In this document: piece after piece, positions 49,804 through 59,266 of the stretch | Position numbering within the stretch: position 1 is the stretch's first letter | Layout of the letters: each line of letters opens with the position of its first letter | Assembly (NCBI GenBank): GCA_012512325.1 | Contig: JAAZEL010000061.1 | Coordinates: 1 to 60,664, forward strand | Direction of reading: 5' to 3' | Length of the DNA: 60,664 nucleotides | Origin: Candidatus Fermentithermobacillaceae bacterium | GTDB taxonomy: Bacteria > Bacillota > Sulfobacillia > Fermentithermobacillales > Fermentithermobacillaceae | Position numbers and translations under genes: made by a program | Notes under the pieces: model-generated | Database searches by the model: none | Told to the model about the DNA's origin: nothing | What the model saw: the letters and a program-made list of their open reading frames with translations, nothing else

Positions 49804-50700
49804 TTATCGCTTCCCCGGGTCTCCTGGGGTGCCAATGGTTCTGCCGCCCAAACCCTCAGTAAGGTCTCTGGCAGTCTTGGTGACGGCTATGCCTCCCATA
49901 GCCGTTTCCCTGAGGGCTTCGGGCAACATCTTTCCCACCCGGAACATGGCCTCAATCACTTCATCGGCCGGAATAACGCTTTGTTGCCCAGCCAGAGCCA
50001 TGTCAGCACTGATGATCGCGTTGACAGCCTGAGAGGTGTTGCGGAACGCACACGGCAGCTGCACCATGCCCGCCACGGGGTCACACACGAGTCCCTTGCA
50101 GTTCATAAGAGCTATGGCAATCGCATTGGCACAGGCCTCGGGAGTTCCGCCCGCCAAGGTCACAACTGCAGCCGCTCCCATGGCAGCCGCCGTACCGCAC
50201 TCAGCCTGGCACCCGCCTTCGGCACCGGACACAGTGGCATTCTTGGTGATCAGTGCACCCACACCTGCTGCCACCAGCAGGGCGTCAAGCAGTTGTTGCT
50301 TTATACAACCCAGTTTTTCACCGGTGCCCAAGAGAACCGCGGGCAAGACGCCGCTGGCCCCTCCTGTGGGAGCGGCGCACACCAAGCCCATGGACGCATT
50401 CACTTCACTGGCGGATAATGCCATGGCCATTACGCTGTTTAGGTACTTGCCGACCAAAGGGGTCTCGTAGGCGTACTGCTTGGAAGCTACCCCGGTCACC
50501 AGTCCCCCTATCATCTGCTGTGGCTGAGTCAATGCTTTCTTCGCACTGGATACCATGACGTCATAGTGGCGTTCCAAGAGCTCATACACTTGTTCCTCAG
50601 TCTTGCCAGTAAGTGCCATCTCGTTTTCGAGTACGATTCGATGAAGGGGCAGTTGCCGACCGGTGGCTTGCTCAATCAAGTCTTGTATTGAAGAGTACAT
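49804..50700 (-). CDS. sdaAA: L-serine dehydratase, Fe-S-dependent, alpha subunit
   Basis: CAAPTGGASGVLP, SGAEGGCQAECG and GLVCDPVAGMVQLPC motifs. Confidence 0.95.
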   Translation of the reverse strand: MYSSIQDLIEQATGRQLPLHRIVLENEMALTGKTEEQVYELLERHYDVMVSSAKKALTQPQQMIGGLVTGVASKQYAYETPLVGKYLNSVMAMALSASEVNASMGLVCAAPTGGASGVLPAVLLGTGEKLGCIKQQLLDALLVAAGVGALITKNATVSGAEGGCQAECGTAAAMGAAAVVTLAGGTPEACANAIAIALMNCKGLVCDPVAGMVQLPCAFRNTSQAVNAIISADMALAGQQSVIPADEVIEAMFRVGKMLPEALRETAMGGIAVTKTARDLTEGLGGRTIGTPGDPGKR

Positions 50701-50712
50701 TGTTCCCACCTC

Positions 50713-51372
50713 CTACTGGATCACTGTAACCCACAATACATCATCCAGCGCAGCTAACCGATCTATAACCTCAGGTCGGATTCTCTGGTCAGTCTCCGGC
50801 ACGCTGGTCGCCACATCACGCTTCGCCACCCGGGAAAACCGCATGAGCCCGATATTGATGTTGTTTTCCGCGAGCACCCGGCTGATTCGGGCGATGACCC
50901 CGGGCTTGTCCAGCTGCTGCATGATGAGGGTTGGCTGTTCTGCCGACACTTCGACATTGACGCTGTTGATCTTAGTGATCAAGATCCGGCCTCCGCCCAC
51001 GCTGCATCCGACAATTTGAGTTGACGTGCCATCATGGTGGTCAAATGTGATCACCGCAGTGTTCTCGTGAACGTCATCCAGCTCCACTTCGTGGAAAGCG
51101 TAAGTGATGCCCCGCTCCTCAGCGATGTCAGGGCTGAGTTTTATCCTTTCGTCCTCTTCGGTAATGCCCAGCACTCCGGCGAGGAGTGCCAGATGAGTGC
51201 CGTGGCCTGTTCCGGTCTTGGCAAAAGAACCGTGCAAACCGAAGTCAACGTGTTTGAACGGCTTGCCCGCTATGAGGGCAGACACTCTTGCCAACTTGAC
51301 TGCGCCAGCGGTATGGCTGGAACTGGGGCCTATCATTATGGGCCCGATGACGTCGAAAATGCTGATGTTCAA
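50713..51372 (-). CDS. sdaAB: L-serine dehydratase beta subunit with ACT domain
   Basis: SIFDVIGPIMIGPSSSHTAGA, GSFAKTGTGHGT and DKPGVIA motifs. Confidence 0.95.
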   Translation of the reverse strand: MNISIFDVIGPIMIGPSSSHTAGAVKLARVSALIAGKPFKHVDFGLHGSFAKTGTGHGTHLALLAGVLGITEEDERIKLSPDIAEERGITYAFHEVELDDVHENTAVITFDHHDGTSTQIVGCSVGGGRILITKINSVNVEVSAEQPTLIMQQLDKPGVIARISRVLAENNINIGLMRFSRVAKRDVATSVPETDQRIRPEVIDRLAALDDVLWVTVIQ

Positions 51373-51461
51373 GAATCTGTTCCTCCGTCCGTGACTGTTA
51401 TTTCAACGCCAAGCTCAACTCTATGGTACCAATAAGGTGCGTTCAAATGAAACGTCATGAG

Positions 51462-52007
51462 TCATTCAACAAACACCGCAGAGTACCAGTTGGCCGTTTC
51501 ATCTTCGCTTTTAAGCGTTTCAATGGGCAAACCGAATTTCCTCACAGTCTTGAACACGTCTATACCTACACTGTGGAAGGCAGGCCTTGCCCTCCTTGGA
51601 TCCACACACGGCCTGCCGTGAAAGCCTGCGCATTGCTTGCAAATAGCGCAGTCGCTCATGGAAAACGCAAAGTAATAACCTTTGAGGAACGCCTCCCTTT
51701 CGAGAGCAAAAGAAACCTCGTGGGATACCCTCTTATCTGTGGAATGCACGATAACACCCCAGGAATAGCGCCTCAGTATGCGCTCGTACTCCCAAGGCTT
51801 AAGGGAGCCGGGCCTGGACGGGCAGGTGTGTCCATATCCCCAATCCCCGCAGCCGTACATGCATTTGAGAAGAGTTCTCGGGTCAAAAACGATATCATCA
51901 ATCTTGAATGGCACTGCGTGGTCCGCGCCTAATTGATATGCCATGCCCACAAGATACTTGGCGAGTTCTGCGTTCATACTGTTGTGCCGCATAAATTCCT
52001 GCGGCAT
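51462..52007 (-). CDS. DUF2284-like metal-binding protein
   Basis: KCMYGC...TCP, CAICKQC...C and RPAFHSVGIDVFKTV motifs. Confidence 0.8.
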   Translation of the reverse strand: MPQEFMRHNSMNAELAKYLVGMAYQLGADHAVPFKIDDIVFDPRTLLKCMYGCGDWGYGHTCPSRPGSLKPWEYERILRRYSWGVIVHSTDKRVSHEVSFALEREAFLKGYYFAFSMSDCAICKQCAGFHGRPCVDPRRARPAFHSVGIDVFKTVRKFGLPIETLKSEDETANWYSAVFVE

Positions 52008-52158
52008 CCATCCCTCCTTCTCGCCCTGGATTAGCCATCGCTGGAATGCCGTGTTAAAGCAATCCTACGGCCGGTATACCAATAATTTATCATTACGAAA
52101 CCGAGATCCGAAACCATTTACGGTTACTGCGTCGACCTAGTATAAGGGGGTTATCCTG

Positions 52159-53160
52159 ATGAAACACAATACCGGGCGATGGCCGGTTATCTTCTTGCAA
52201 ACCTGTCTTGCTCTTCTTGGGTTGTTGTGCCTTACGGCGCTTTCCGGCTGTACCTGCGGTGTCCCTGGCACAGGCGACCCCGGTATCCCTGGGCCAGGCA
52301 AACCGGAGCCGGTGTTCTATGAAAACACCATCTACGGCTTCAGGTTTTCCTTGCCTGAAACCTGGAAAGGACATTCAACAGTGGAAGAGCGCTGGACTTC
52401 CTCTGACGGGGAATACTCAGGCCCGGTCATCAACATACGGCATCCCCTGTGGACTTCAGACCAACCAAGGCAAGACATCCCGATTATGATCTTCAGTCTC
52501 GACCAGTGGGAAGCTCTCCAGAAGGGCGAATTCCACATCGGTGCGGCGCCTGTAGGCCCTACCGAAATTGACCGGAACAGCAAGTACGTATTTGCCCTTC
52601 CAGCCCGGTACAACTACGGGTTTCCCGAAGGCTACCAGGAGGTGGAGGAAGTACTGGAAGGTAGGCCCCTTGAGCCCCTTGAAGGCTGGGAAGGCCCTGA
52701 GGAAACCCCAACGCTGGGGGGCATCGGTTTGGGGGCTTCCCAGGATCAGGTGTTAGGTATTCTGGGCGACCGATACACTGAAACCATCCATCAGGACCTA
52801 GGACATATGATAGGCGAGGATTTGGTTGTGTGGACCTTTGACCAGGGCATCGAAGTGACCTTCGGCAAAAGATCAGGCAGGGCCATAAGGGTTACCGTCC
52901 AAGACCCCGACTTTCCCACGAACCTGGGAGTCAAGGTAGGCGACCACGCCCAAACCGCCCTGGACAACTACCGGGATTCATACCAGGAAGCCAGGAGCAG
53001 ACACTACGATACCGTGCTTGAAGGGTGGTTTCTTCTTGAAGAAGGAGCCGTGCTGATCCTCGATTTTGATGCTTCAGACGGAAGCCTGGTGAACGGCCCA
53101 ATCCAGGCCGGTTCATCGATCGAACAAATCGTGCTCGCATACTGGGAGCATTTTGACTGA
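52159..53160 (+). CDS. Hypothetical lipoprotein, two domains
   Basis: Signal peptide with LSGC lipobox; YENTIYGFRFSLPETW domain, an acidic linker, then a second domain. Confidence 0.7.
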   Translation: MKHNTGRWPVIFLQTCLALLGLLCLTALSGCTCGVPGTGDPGIPGPGKPEPVFYENTIYGFRFSLPETWKGHSTVEERWTSSDGEYSGPVINIRHPLWTSDQPRQDIPIMIFSLDQWEALQKGEFHIGAAPVGPTEIDRNSKYVFALPARYNYGFPEGYQEVEEVLEGRPLEPLEGWEGPEETPTLGGIGLGASQDQVLGILGDRYTETIHQDLGHMIGEDLVVWTFDQGIEVTFGKRSGRAIRVTVQDPDFPTNLGVKVGDHAQTALDNYRDSYQEARSRHYDTVLEGWFLLEEGAVLILDFDASDGSLVNGPIQAGSSIEQIVLAYWEHFD

Positions 53161-53317
53161 ACCTGACTGAAAGGGGGCCGGTTCCGTCACCCCTGGTCGC
53201 CCATCTCAGGGGGCTTGAGAGTTCTTAAAGATGTTGGAAGAGATTCCCGCAGAAGCCTGTATGAAGCGGCGTCATAGTCTGGAGAATCCCTCAGGATGCC
53301 GGGGGCACTAAGATTAG

Positions 53318-53348
53318 AGGCAGGCCCGTGGGACCCACGGGCCTGCTT
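53318..53348. terminator. Stem-loop between convergent genes
   Basis: GCAGGCCCGTGG-GAC-CCACGGGCCTGC. Confidence 0.7.
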
Positions 53349-53356
53349 GCCATCCC

Positions 53357-54541
53357 CTAGTTCTGATCCCTTCGGGCCTGTTCCAGGTAGTCCTTAGCCT
53401 GTTTCAGGAGCTCAGGCTTGTAGATGAACTCCATGGCCGACAAGGCCAGCACCTTTGCCGCCATCAAGGTGGCGTCAATGGCTCTGGGCTTGATGGTGTC
53501 GGCTGCCATCTCCCTGGAGTGGCCGCGAGCGTCGGTCATGCTGAAACCGATCTGGATGCAGGGGGTTTCCCAGGTAACGCTGCCTACATCAGTGACCCCT
53601 CCGCCTCCCCGGGGCATTTCCGGGAGTTCCTGACCTAGGTACTCGAAGTTCTTCCTGGCAAGCTCCCTCAACACCGGATGCTCCAGGGTTTCCTTGAAGA
53701 GCGGTTCGTAGTGGCGGAATTCGACTGTGGCCCCAATCGCCGCGGCCGCCCCTTCAGCGATCTGCCTGACCTTGGGCAAGACTACCTCTTCGAGATAATG
53801 GGAGCTCTTAGACCTTACGGTGAACCTTGCCACTGCGCGATCGGGAACGATGTTCGGGGCGTCGCCGCCGTGGGTGATGATACCTGCAAGTCGGACATCG
53901 TCACGCAGATGGTTCTTCATCATACGTATGGCCGTATACGCTGACACGCAGGCGTCGAGCGCGTTTATACCTTCCTGGGGATTCCCGCCTGCGTGGGCGG
54001 TCCGGCCTCTGAAGGCGATCTCGATGGGATGAGACGCCCAAGACGAGCCGCCCAGAGAATTCAGCTGGCCCGGATGAGCTATGAAGGCTGCATCTATGTC
54101 GGAAAACACACCTGCTTCCGCCATGACCACTTTTCCGCCGATCGTCTCTTCAGCGGGAGTCCCCAAGACAAGCCACGTAGCTCTTGCCTCTTCAGGCGGG
54201 AACGCGTTTTTCAACCCTATGCCCGCAGCAAGAGCAACGGCCGCCATGAGGTTATGCCCGCATCCGTGGCCGATTTCAGGCAGAGCATCGTATTCGGCCA
54301 GGAATGCAATCCTTGGCCCCTGATTCCAGGCTTGAGCCTTGAACGCTGTGGGCATGCCGGCTATCTCTGTCTCCACGTGGAAGCCCTTTGATTCCAGGAT
54401 CCCTGTGAGCTTCGACACTGCAAAGACTTCTTGAAGCCCAAGTTCAGGGTTTTCGTACAACGACTTGGCCACATCTTCAACAACAGGTCTCAGGGAATCG
54501 ATTTCCCGGACAAGTCTTTCCCCTCTTTCTTCGAACGTCAT
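53357..54541 (-). CDS. M20 family amidohydrolase (Acy1L2/AbgA-like)
   Basis: NPELGLQE, AEYDALPEIGHGCGHN, GTPAEE, GRTAHAGGNPQEGINALD and TDVGSV motifs. Confidence 0.9.
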   Translation of the reverse strand: MTFEERGERLVREIDSLRPVVEDVAKSLYENPELGLQEVFAVSKLTGILESKGFHVETEIAGMPTAFKAQAWNQGPRIAFLAEYDALPEIGHGCGHNLMAAVALAAGIGLKNAFPPEEARATWLVLGTPAEETIGGKVVMAEAGVFSDIDAAFIAHPGQLNSLGGSSWASHPIEIAFRGRTAHAGGNPQEGINALDACVSAYTAIRMMKNHLRDDVRLAGIITHGGDAPNIVPDRAVARFTVRSKSSHYLEEVVLPKVRQIAEGAAAAIGATVEFRHYEPLFKETLEHPVLRELARKNFEYLGQELPEMPRGGGGVTDVGSVTWETPCIQIGFSMTDARGHSREMAADTIKPRAIDATLMAAKVLALSAMEFIYKPELLKQAKDYLEQARRDQN

Positions 54542-54624
54542 GTCAGATACCACCCTCACTTTCGAGTATGCCAACAACAGCTTCATAGCTAGAACAAGTC
54601 AACTTCAGAGCTAGCTTTTCCGTG

Positions 54625-54652
54625 TTTCTACAATCAACTCCTATTATCCTTC
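54625..54652 (-). promoter_or_regulatory. SigH-like promoter (GAAA at -10)
   Basis: Minus strand GA-AGGATAA-N15-GAAA upstream of the M20 gene. Confidence 0.35.
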
Positions 54653-54757
54653 CTCATTGTTGATGAGGTTTACACGTCCTACAGGCGGGCAACGGTCATG
54701 CAACTACCCGTGCCCTTCAGCCAGGCACCATCAGCCCCTCAACAACAAGCTGGCAGC

Positions 54758-54790
54758 AAAAAGGCCGGCTCCGCAAAAGAGCCAGCCTTT
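54758..54790 (-). terminator. Rho-independent terminator after cassette copy 2
   Basis: Minus strand GGCTGGCTC-TTTTGCG-GAGCCGGCC followed by TTTTT. Confidence 0.7.
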
Positions 54791-54809
54791 ACGTCAAGAA
54801 CGGTCCATG

Positions 54810-55406
54810 TTACTTCATTATTCCTAGCCAGTCTCCAAGCACAAACTGGATCCGGCCAATAAGCAGTGCCATTCTTCCCATTACCGTTGTGCCGAAGGCG
54901 GCGCCGAAAGCCACCATCAGGACAAGCTTACCCAGTTGAGGCACGGAGCTCAACGGCCCCTTGATCTCCTTTGAGAAGAAGAAGTAGCTCAGAGAAGCGA
55001 TGACGAAAACCAGCAACAGGATGTCGTTTACGCTGCCCACACTCACGGTGGCTGCGATTTGCTGGGTGAAGTCGCCGTGGATGGCTCCTCTGACGGCAAC
55101 TCCCGTTCCTATACCGACCATGACGGCTATAGGATACCTGGCAACCCAAGCTATCTTCTTGAAGTACCTCGTATAGAGCAGCACGCCCAGCAGGATGGGA
55201 ATGATCCATATAAGCTGGCCTTCCTCCTGCATTGGCTTTGCCGCTGTGTCTCTGATGTTGCCCCATGCCACTACCACTGCGTGGCCGGCACTGATCCCTA
55301 CGTACAAGTGTTCAGCCGAACGGTATAGGGGATTCTCTTTCCACACGTGGCTTATTATAGCGAGAGTAACTAAGCCCGCTACCCAAATGCCAAAATCTAG
55401 ACTCAT
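54810..55406 (-). CDS. Cassette membrane protein D, copy 2 (hypothetical, multi-pass)
   Basis: About 6 TM segments; KENPLYRSAEHLYVG; paralog of 4360-4959; overlaps the upstream gene by 4 nt. Confidence 0.85.
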   Translation of the reverse strand: MSLDFGIWVAGLVTLAIISHVWKENPLYRSAEHLYVGISAGHAVVVAWGNIRDTAAKPMQEEGQLIWIIPILLGVLLYTRYFKKIAWVARYPIAVMVGIGTGVAVRGAIHGDFTQQIAATVSVGSVNDILLLVFVIASLSYFFFSKEIKGPLSSVPQLGKLVLMVAFGAAFGTTVMGRMALLIGRIQFVLGDWLGIMK

Positions 55407-56272
55407 GAACGCCCTCCCCTTCCTGCATGGTGTGTCCTATCGCTCATCGATTGAGCACGAGCTTCCTTTGCTCCGAAGAAGTTGGGGATATTCCTGAAAG
55501 CAATCAGAACGATAATCAGCAAGTGAGCCAACGACTGAGCATCCATCGCCGCCACGGCCTGGCCGCGTTTCTGCACCAGGATTTCGCACTCGGCCGCACC
55601 GGGAAGGCCGCCCAGTATTCCTTCGATCTGGCCTGCCTGTACATACGGTGCCACCTGGGTAATCGCTACTGCAGGTACGCCGGCGATAATCCTGGTCTTG
55701 TAAGTGCCGTATACCTGGCGGACATAGTCCTCAGGACCAGGCTGTCCAGGTGCGATGGTGATGATCATGTCGATATCCCCGGCAGTCTTGATACCCTGCA
55801 TAATAGGGAAAGACGAACTGGGCTTGCCTGAATAATCGGTGCTGAAGGTTCCGGGAATGTCTGTGGCGAAAGCCGCAACTGCCGCTTGTCCGCCCGCCCT
55901 GTAACCGAGATTGACATAGTCTACGCCGTATTCCTTCTCAGCCCAACTGGTGTTGGCAAATGCCTTGGTAGCCATCTCAGGACCCTGAACCTGGAACGAG
56001 ATGCCTATCACCTTTACCTGCTTTTCGGCAAGGTGTTCCAGGATAGCCAGGGCTTGAGGCTCCATTTCAGCGGCGTTGCCCGGTGAGTAGTCGAAACCGA
56101 ACACCACAACTGAACCGGGAGCCAGGCTGTCTATCGCCTGGAAAGACTTGCTTACCTCTTCGCTTATTGGAATAGGTATTCCAATAGGCTTCAAGAGGGG
56201 ACCTGCTAACACAACCACCAGAATTACATATATCCATGCTTTCGGTATCGATTGCAAGCGTTCCATTTGCAC
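55403..56272 (-). CDS. Cassette protein C, copy 2 (terminal TM anchors with a large soluble domain)
   Basis: Hydrophobic termini; DYSPGNAAE, EYGVDYVNLGY, GILGGLPGAAE and MDAQS; paralog of 3506-4344. Confidence 0.85.
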   Translation of the reverse strand: MQMERLQSIPKAWIYVILVVVLAGPLLKPIGIPIPISEEVSKSFQAIDSLAPGSVVVFGFDYSPGNAAEMEPQALAILEHLAEKQVKVIGISFQVQGPEMATKAFANTSWAEKEYGVDYVNLGYRAGGQAAVAAFATDIPGTFSTDYSGKPSSSFPIMQGIKTAGDIDMIITIAPGQPGPEDYVRQVYGTYKTRIIAGVPAVAITQVAPYVQAGQIEGILGGLPGAAECEILVQKRGQAVAAMDAQSLAHLLIIVLIAFRNIPNFFGAKEARAQSMSDRTHHAGRGGRS

Positions 56273-56281
56273 CCCTCCTCC

Positions 56282-56914
56282 TCAGTCATGAAGCCCCAGA
56301 TAGGTTCTATCCAATCCCAGGAACATCTTGACTGCACTGGATACCACACCGAGAGCGGCGCCCATCACGATGGCGCGCATACCTGCGGTGTTGGGTATGG
56401 CTTGTATCCAGTCAGCAGCTTTGGGAAAGATATCTGAAATGACGGAACCGATAGGGGCTTTACCTAGCATAACGATAACTGCAGTGATCAAGAGCACCCA
56501 GCTTTCGAGGCTCTTGGCTGAAAAGGATCTGTAAGCCGCAGTGACAATGTAGAACGCAATCGACGCGTACATTGTGGCTGAGGCAGGAGAAAGAATGTTG
56601 TTAAACAGAAAACTGTACGTCGGGTTATCTGTCCCGGATGCTATTCCGAGAACCATAACTACCAGCATCGAACCAAGCAACAAGACGCTGTAGAAAGCTT
56701 CAGGCTCACGCCTGGAAACGGCTACAGTGTGCCGCCGCAACAGGTTAACAGCACCGAGACCCATGGCGAACGCAGCTATGACGATACCCCATGACCTTAA
56801 GACCAAGCCCGATGACTTAATCCACTGTACCGACGGAGCGTCAGCCACGAAGAAGTCCAGTATGATCAACAGCGCGATCACTGTCATTATCAGCACAGGT
56901 AGATACGTCTTCAA
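56282..56914 (-). CDS. Cassette membrane protein B, copy 2 (hypothetical, multi-pass)
   Basis: About 5-6 TM segments; AYRSF, MLGKAPIG and IPNTAGMRAI; paralog of 2912-3488. Confidence 0.85.
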   Translation of the reverse strand: MKTYLPVLIMTVIALLIILDFFVADAPSVQWIKSSGLVLRSWGIVIAAFAMGLGAVNLLRRHTVAVSRREPEAFYSVLLLGSMLVVMVLGIASGTDNPTYSFLFNNILSPASATMYASIAFYIVTAAYRSFSAKSLESWVLLITAVIVMLGKAPIGSVISDIFPKAADWIQAIPNTAGMRAIVMGAALGVVSSAVKMFLGLDRTYLGLHD

Positions 56915-56944
56915 ATTACTTCACCTCCGAATGTTGACTAGAGT

Positions 56945-57730
56945 CTACTTCGTAATCAGCTGCAGAATTGCTTCGCTTCCGAAAGCCAGAAAAATGGAAC
57001 CTACACCCATCAGCGCGATCACAACTGCCTTGGCGATGTCTTGTCCCTTCACAACCGCCAGTTCAACGGGGTTCTGTGACAGGTAAGCGCTGGCCGCGTA
57101 GATTTCCTCACCGATGAGACAGTAGTCAGATGCCACGACCAAGAAGGGCAACTGAGCCACTGTGGCAGAACCGGTAACCTGGATGCCGCCTGTCTGGGCG
57201 CCTGCTTCCGTAAGCAAGAGCGCTTCCGCCAACCATGATCCAATCATGATGTTGGCAGCTACCTGTTCGCGGTGCATGATGCCTACGGCAGCGGCAGCGT
57301 ATGCGAACTGTTCCGCACCGATAAAACGGACCATTTCGCCTCTGTACCGGTCCGGCTTGCCTTCTTCCAGAAAACTCTGCTTAACGACCTCTTCCGCAAC
57401 CACATAAACGTCAGGTTTCATAATGGTAGTCACCAGGTCAGTGTCATACCTGGCACACAGTTTCGCAACGTAAGACAGCACCGAGAGTCCTGCCAGAGTC
57501 TGAGCTGAACGCTCGTGGGTAAGTTCTATGATGCCGGGGCTGAAGTGGACAGGGCGTCCTACCTCTGTAGCCCTTCCCACTGCTTCTTCAATGGCATCCA
57601 GTGCGGGCAGCCTTCGGATTTGCGGTACGTTACCTCTTCTCGCTTGACGAATGCAGCACACGAACAGAACAAGCAATAAGAAGAGTGATGCAAAGGAGAA
57701 TTGTTTGCCTAGTTCTATCAACACGTACAC
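56945..57730 (-). CDS. Cassette protein A, DUF6754-like
   Basis: IRRLPALDAIEEAVGRATEVGRPVHF, QFAYAAAAVG and IGEEIYAASAYLS. Family recalled from memory; HMM confirmation needed. Confidence 0.72.
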   Translation of the reverse strand: MYVLIELGKQFSFASLFLLLVLFVCCIRQARRGNVPQIRRLPALDAIEEAVGRATEVGRPVHFSPGIIELTHERSAQTLAGLSVLSYVAKLCARYDTDLVTTIMKPDVYVVAEEVVKQSFLEEGKPDRYRGEMVRFIGAEQFAYAAAAVGIMHREQVAANIMIGSWLAEALLLTEAGAQTGGIQVTGSATVAQLPFLVVASDYCLIGEEIYAASAYLSQNPVELAVVKGQDIAKAVVIALMGVGSIFLAFGSEAILQLITK

Positions 57731-57856
57731 CTCCTGGGATGCTCGAACGTTTGACCGGCTCTACAGCAACGAGAACTCTTGTCACGCTCCAGATCCTGCC
57801 TTATATTCACGTTTTACCGCCCCCTCCTCATTACTGAGCAACATGCCCAACAATGA

Positions 57857-57885
57857 GTATTCTAGATCCGTCTGTGAAGTCCTTC
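57857..57885 (-). promoter_or_regulatory. SigH-like promoter of cassette copy 2
   Basis: Minus strand GA-AGGACTT-N14-GAAT. Confidence 0.5.
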
Positions 57886-58170
57886 ATAAATGAGTCGTTG
57901 ATATGAGCATATTTTTCCCAAACTGATGTCCGACTGCAGTCTCTATTGTACAATAAGCACAAGGGACAAACCCATGTCAGTTTAGCCCTAAACTGCTGCT
58001 AGACGCATGAATCGCTTGTTATTGCCGCGTATGGTACTAGTTTCTCTGTGTGATTGCCCCACCGACTGATCTCCTTACCAACTGCTTTACCTGTGGGAAC
58101 TGTGTCAGGGGATTGGCAGACTTCCCTGGATGGTCTACCATGGTTGTGAGCAACGTAGCGGAGGTGCACA

Positions 58171-59115
58171 ATGACTGGAACAAGCGGTTCAGGGACTGAC
58201 GGAAGAGGATACTGCACTGAGATCATGAACAGAGAAGGACTGAGTGTTCACAGGTTGACGCTCCCGGCACCTGCGCCTGGTTTTGCCAACTTCATCACCC
58301 CGTGGGTGCTTCAAACCAAGCGCACTACCTTACTCCTAGACCCAGGCCCTTCTTCTACAATCCCTTACCTCGTGGAACTCCTGGAGGAGCAGGGAGTGGA
58401 CGTTATAGACTTTGTGCTCCTCACCCATGTACATATTGATCATTCAGGCGGCATAGGAGATCTCATATCCCTTTTTCCAGGGGCCAAGGTAATAAGTCAT
58501 CCCAGGTCGTTCAAGCATCTCATTGACCCCGGCAAGCTTTGGGCGGGGAGTCTTGAGGTTCTCGGCGACTTAGCCAATCGGTACGGACCTATCAGACCCA
58601 TTCCTGAGAAGGCATTGTTGCAAACTTCCCCAGGAATTGTCCCTGGATTGAGTGTAATTGATACGCCTGGACACTCTTCCCACCATCAATCCTATCTCTA
58701 TACTGATCGGGGCACCAAATTGTTGTTTGCCGGGGAAGCTGCAGGCGTGTACCTGGGTGATAACTACATCAGGCCGGCCACTCCGCCCCGGTTCTTCTTT
58801 GACGTGGCATATGAATCCCTTCAGAAGCTGATTTCCCTTGAACCTACCATCATATGTTACGGGCATTATGGGTTTACCGATGATCCCACATGGCTTGAGA
58901 AGGCCGCCCTGCAAATGGTGCTGTGGAGACAAGTACTGGATGAAGCGATTACAGAACAACCTGATATCAACGCTGAACAAGCCTTAGTACTCTTGGAGCA
59001 ACACGATCCGTACCTAAAGCGTCGCCATAGATTTGATGACCAAGTAGCGTCAAGGGAACGCTGCTTCCTTGAAAACAGCGTTCGAGGGTTCCTGCAATAC
59101 CTCGTCGACGAGTGA
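58171..59115 (+). CDS. MBL-fold metallo-hydrolase
   Basis: LLDPG, THVHIDHSGG (HxHxDH), TPGHSSHH, FAGE and ICYGHYG motifs. Confidence 0.92.
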   Translation: MTGTSGSGTDGRGYCTEIMNREGLSVHRLTLPAPAPGFANFITPWVLQTKRTTLLLDPGPSSTIPYLVELLEEQGVDVIDFVLLTHVHIDHSGGIGDLISLFPGAKVISHPRSFKHLIDPGKLWAGSLEVLGDLANRYGPIRPIPEKALLQTSPGIVPGLSVIDTPGHSSHHQSYLYTDRGTKLLFAGEAAGVYLGDNYIRPATPPRFFFDVAYESLQKLISLEPTIICYGHYGFTDDPTWLEKAALQMVLWRQVLDEAITEQPDINAEQALVLLEQHDPYLKRRHRFDDQVASRERCFLENSVRGFLQYLVDE

Positions 59116-59266
59116 TCCACAGGGGTGTATGGCTCCTCATGGGCGAATGGAAAAAACCTCAACCAGGAACCGGAGCCCATGTCCTATGCGTACTGCATTC
59201 TTGTCGTTGGCAGTAGACAGGGGCGACCGGATTGTCGCTACACCTTCTCATCTTCTCCTGCCGCTG

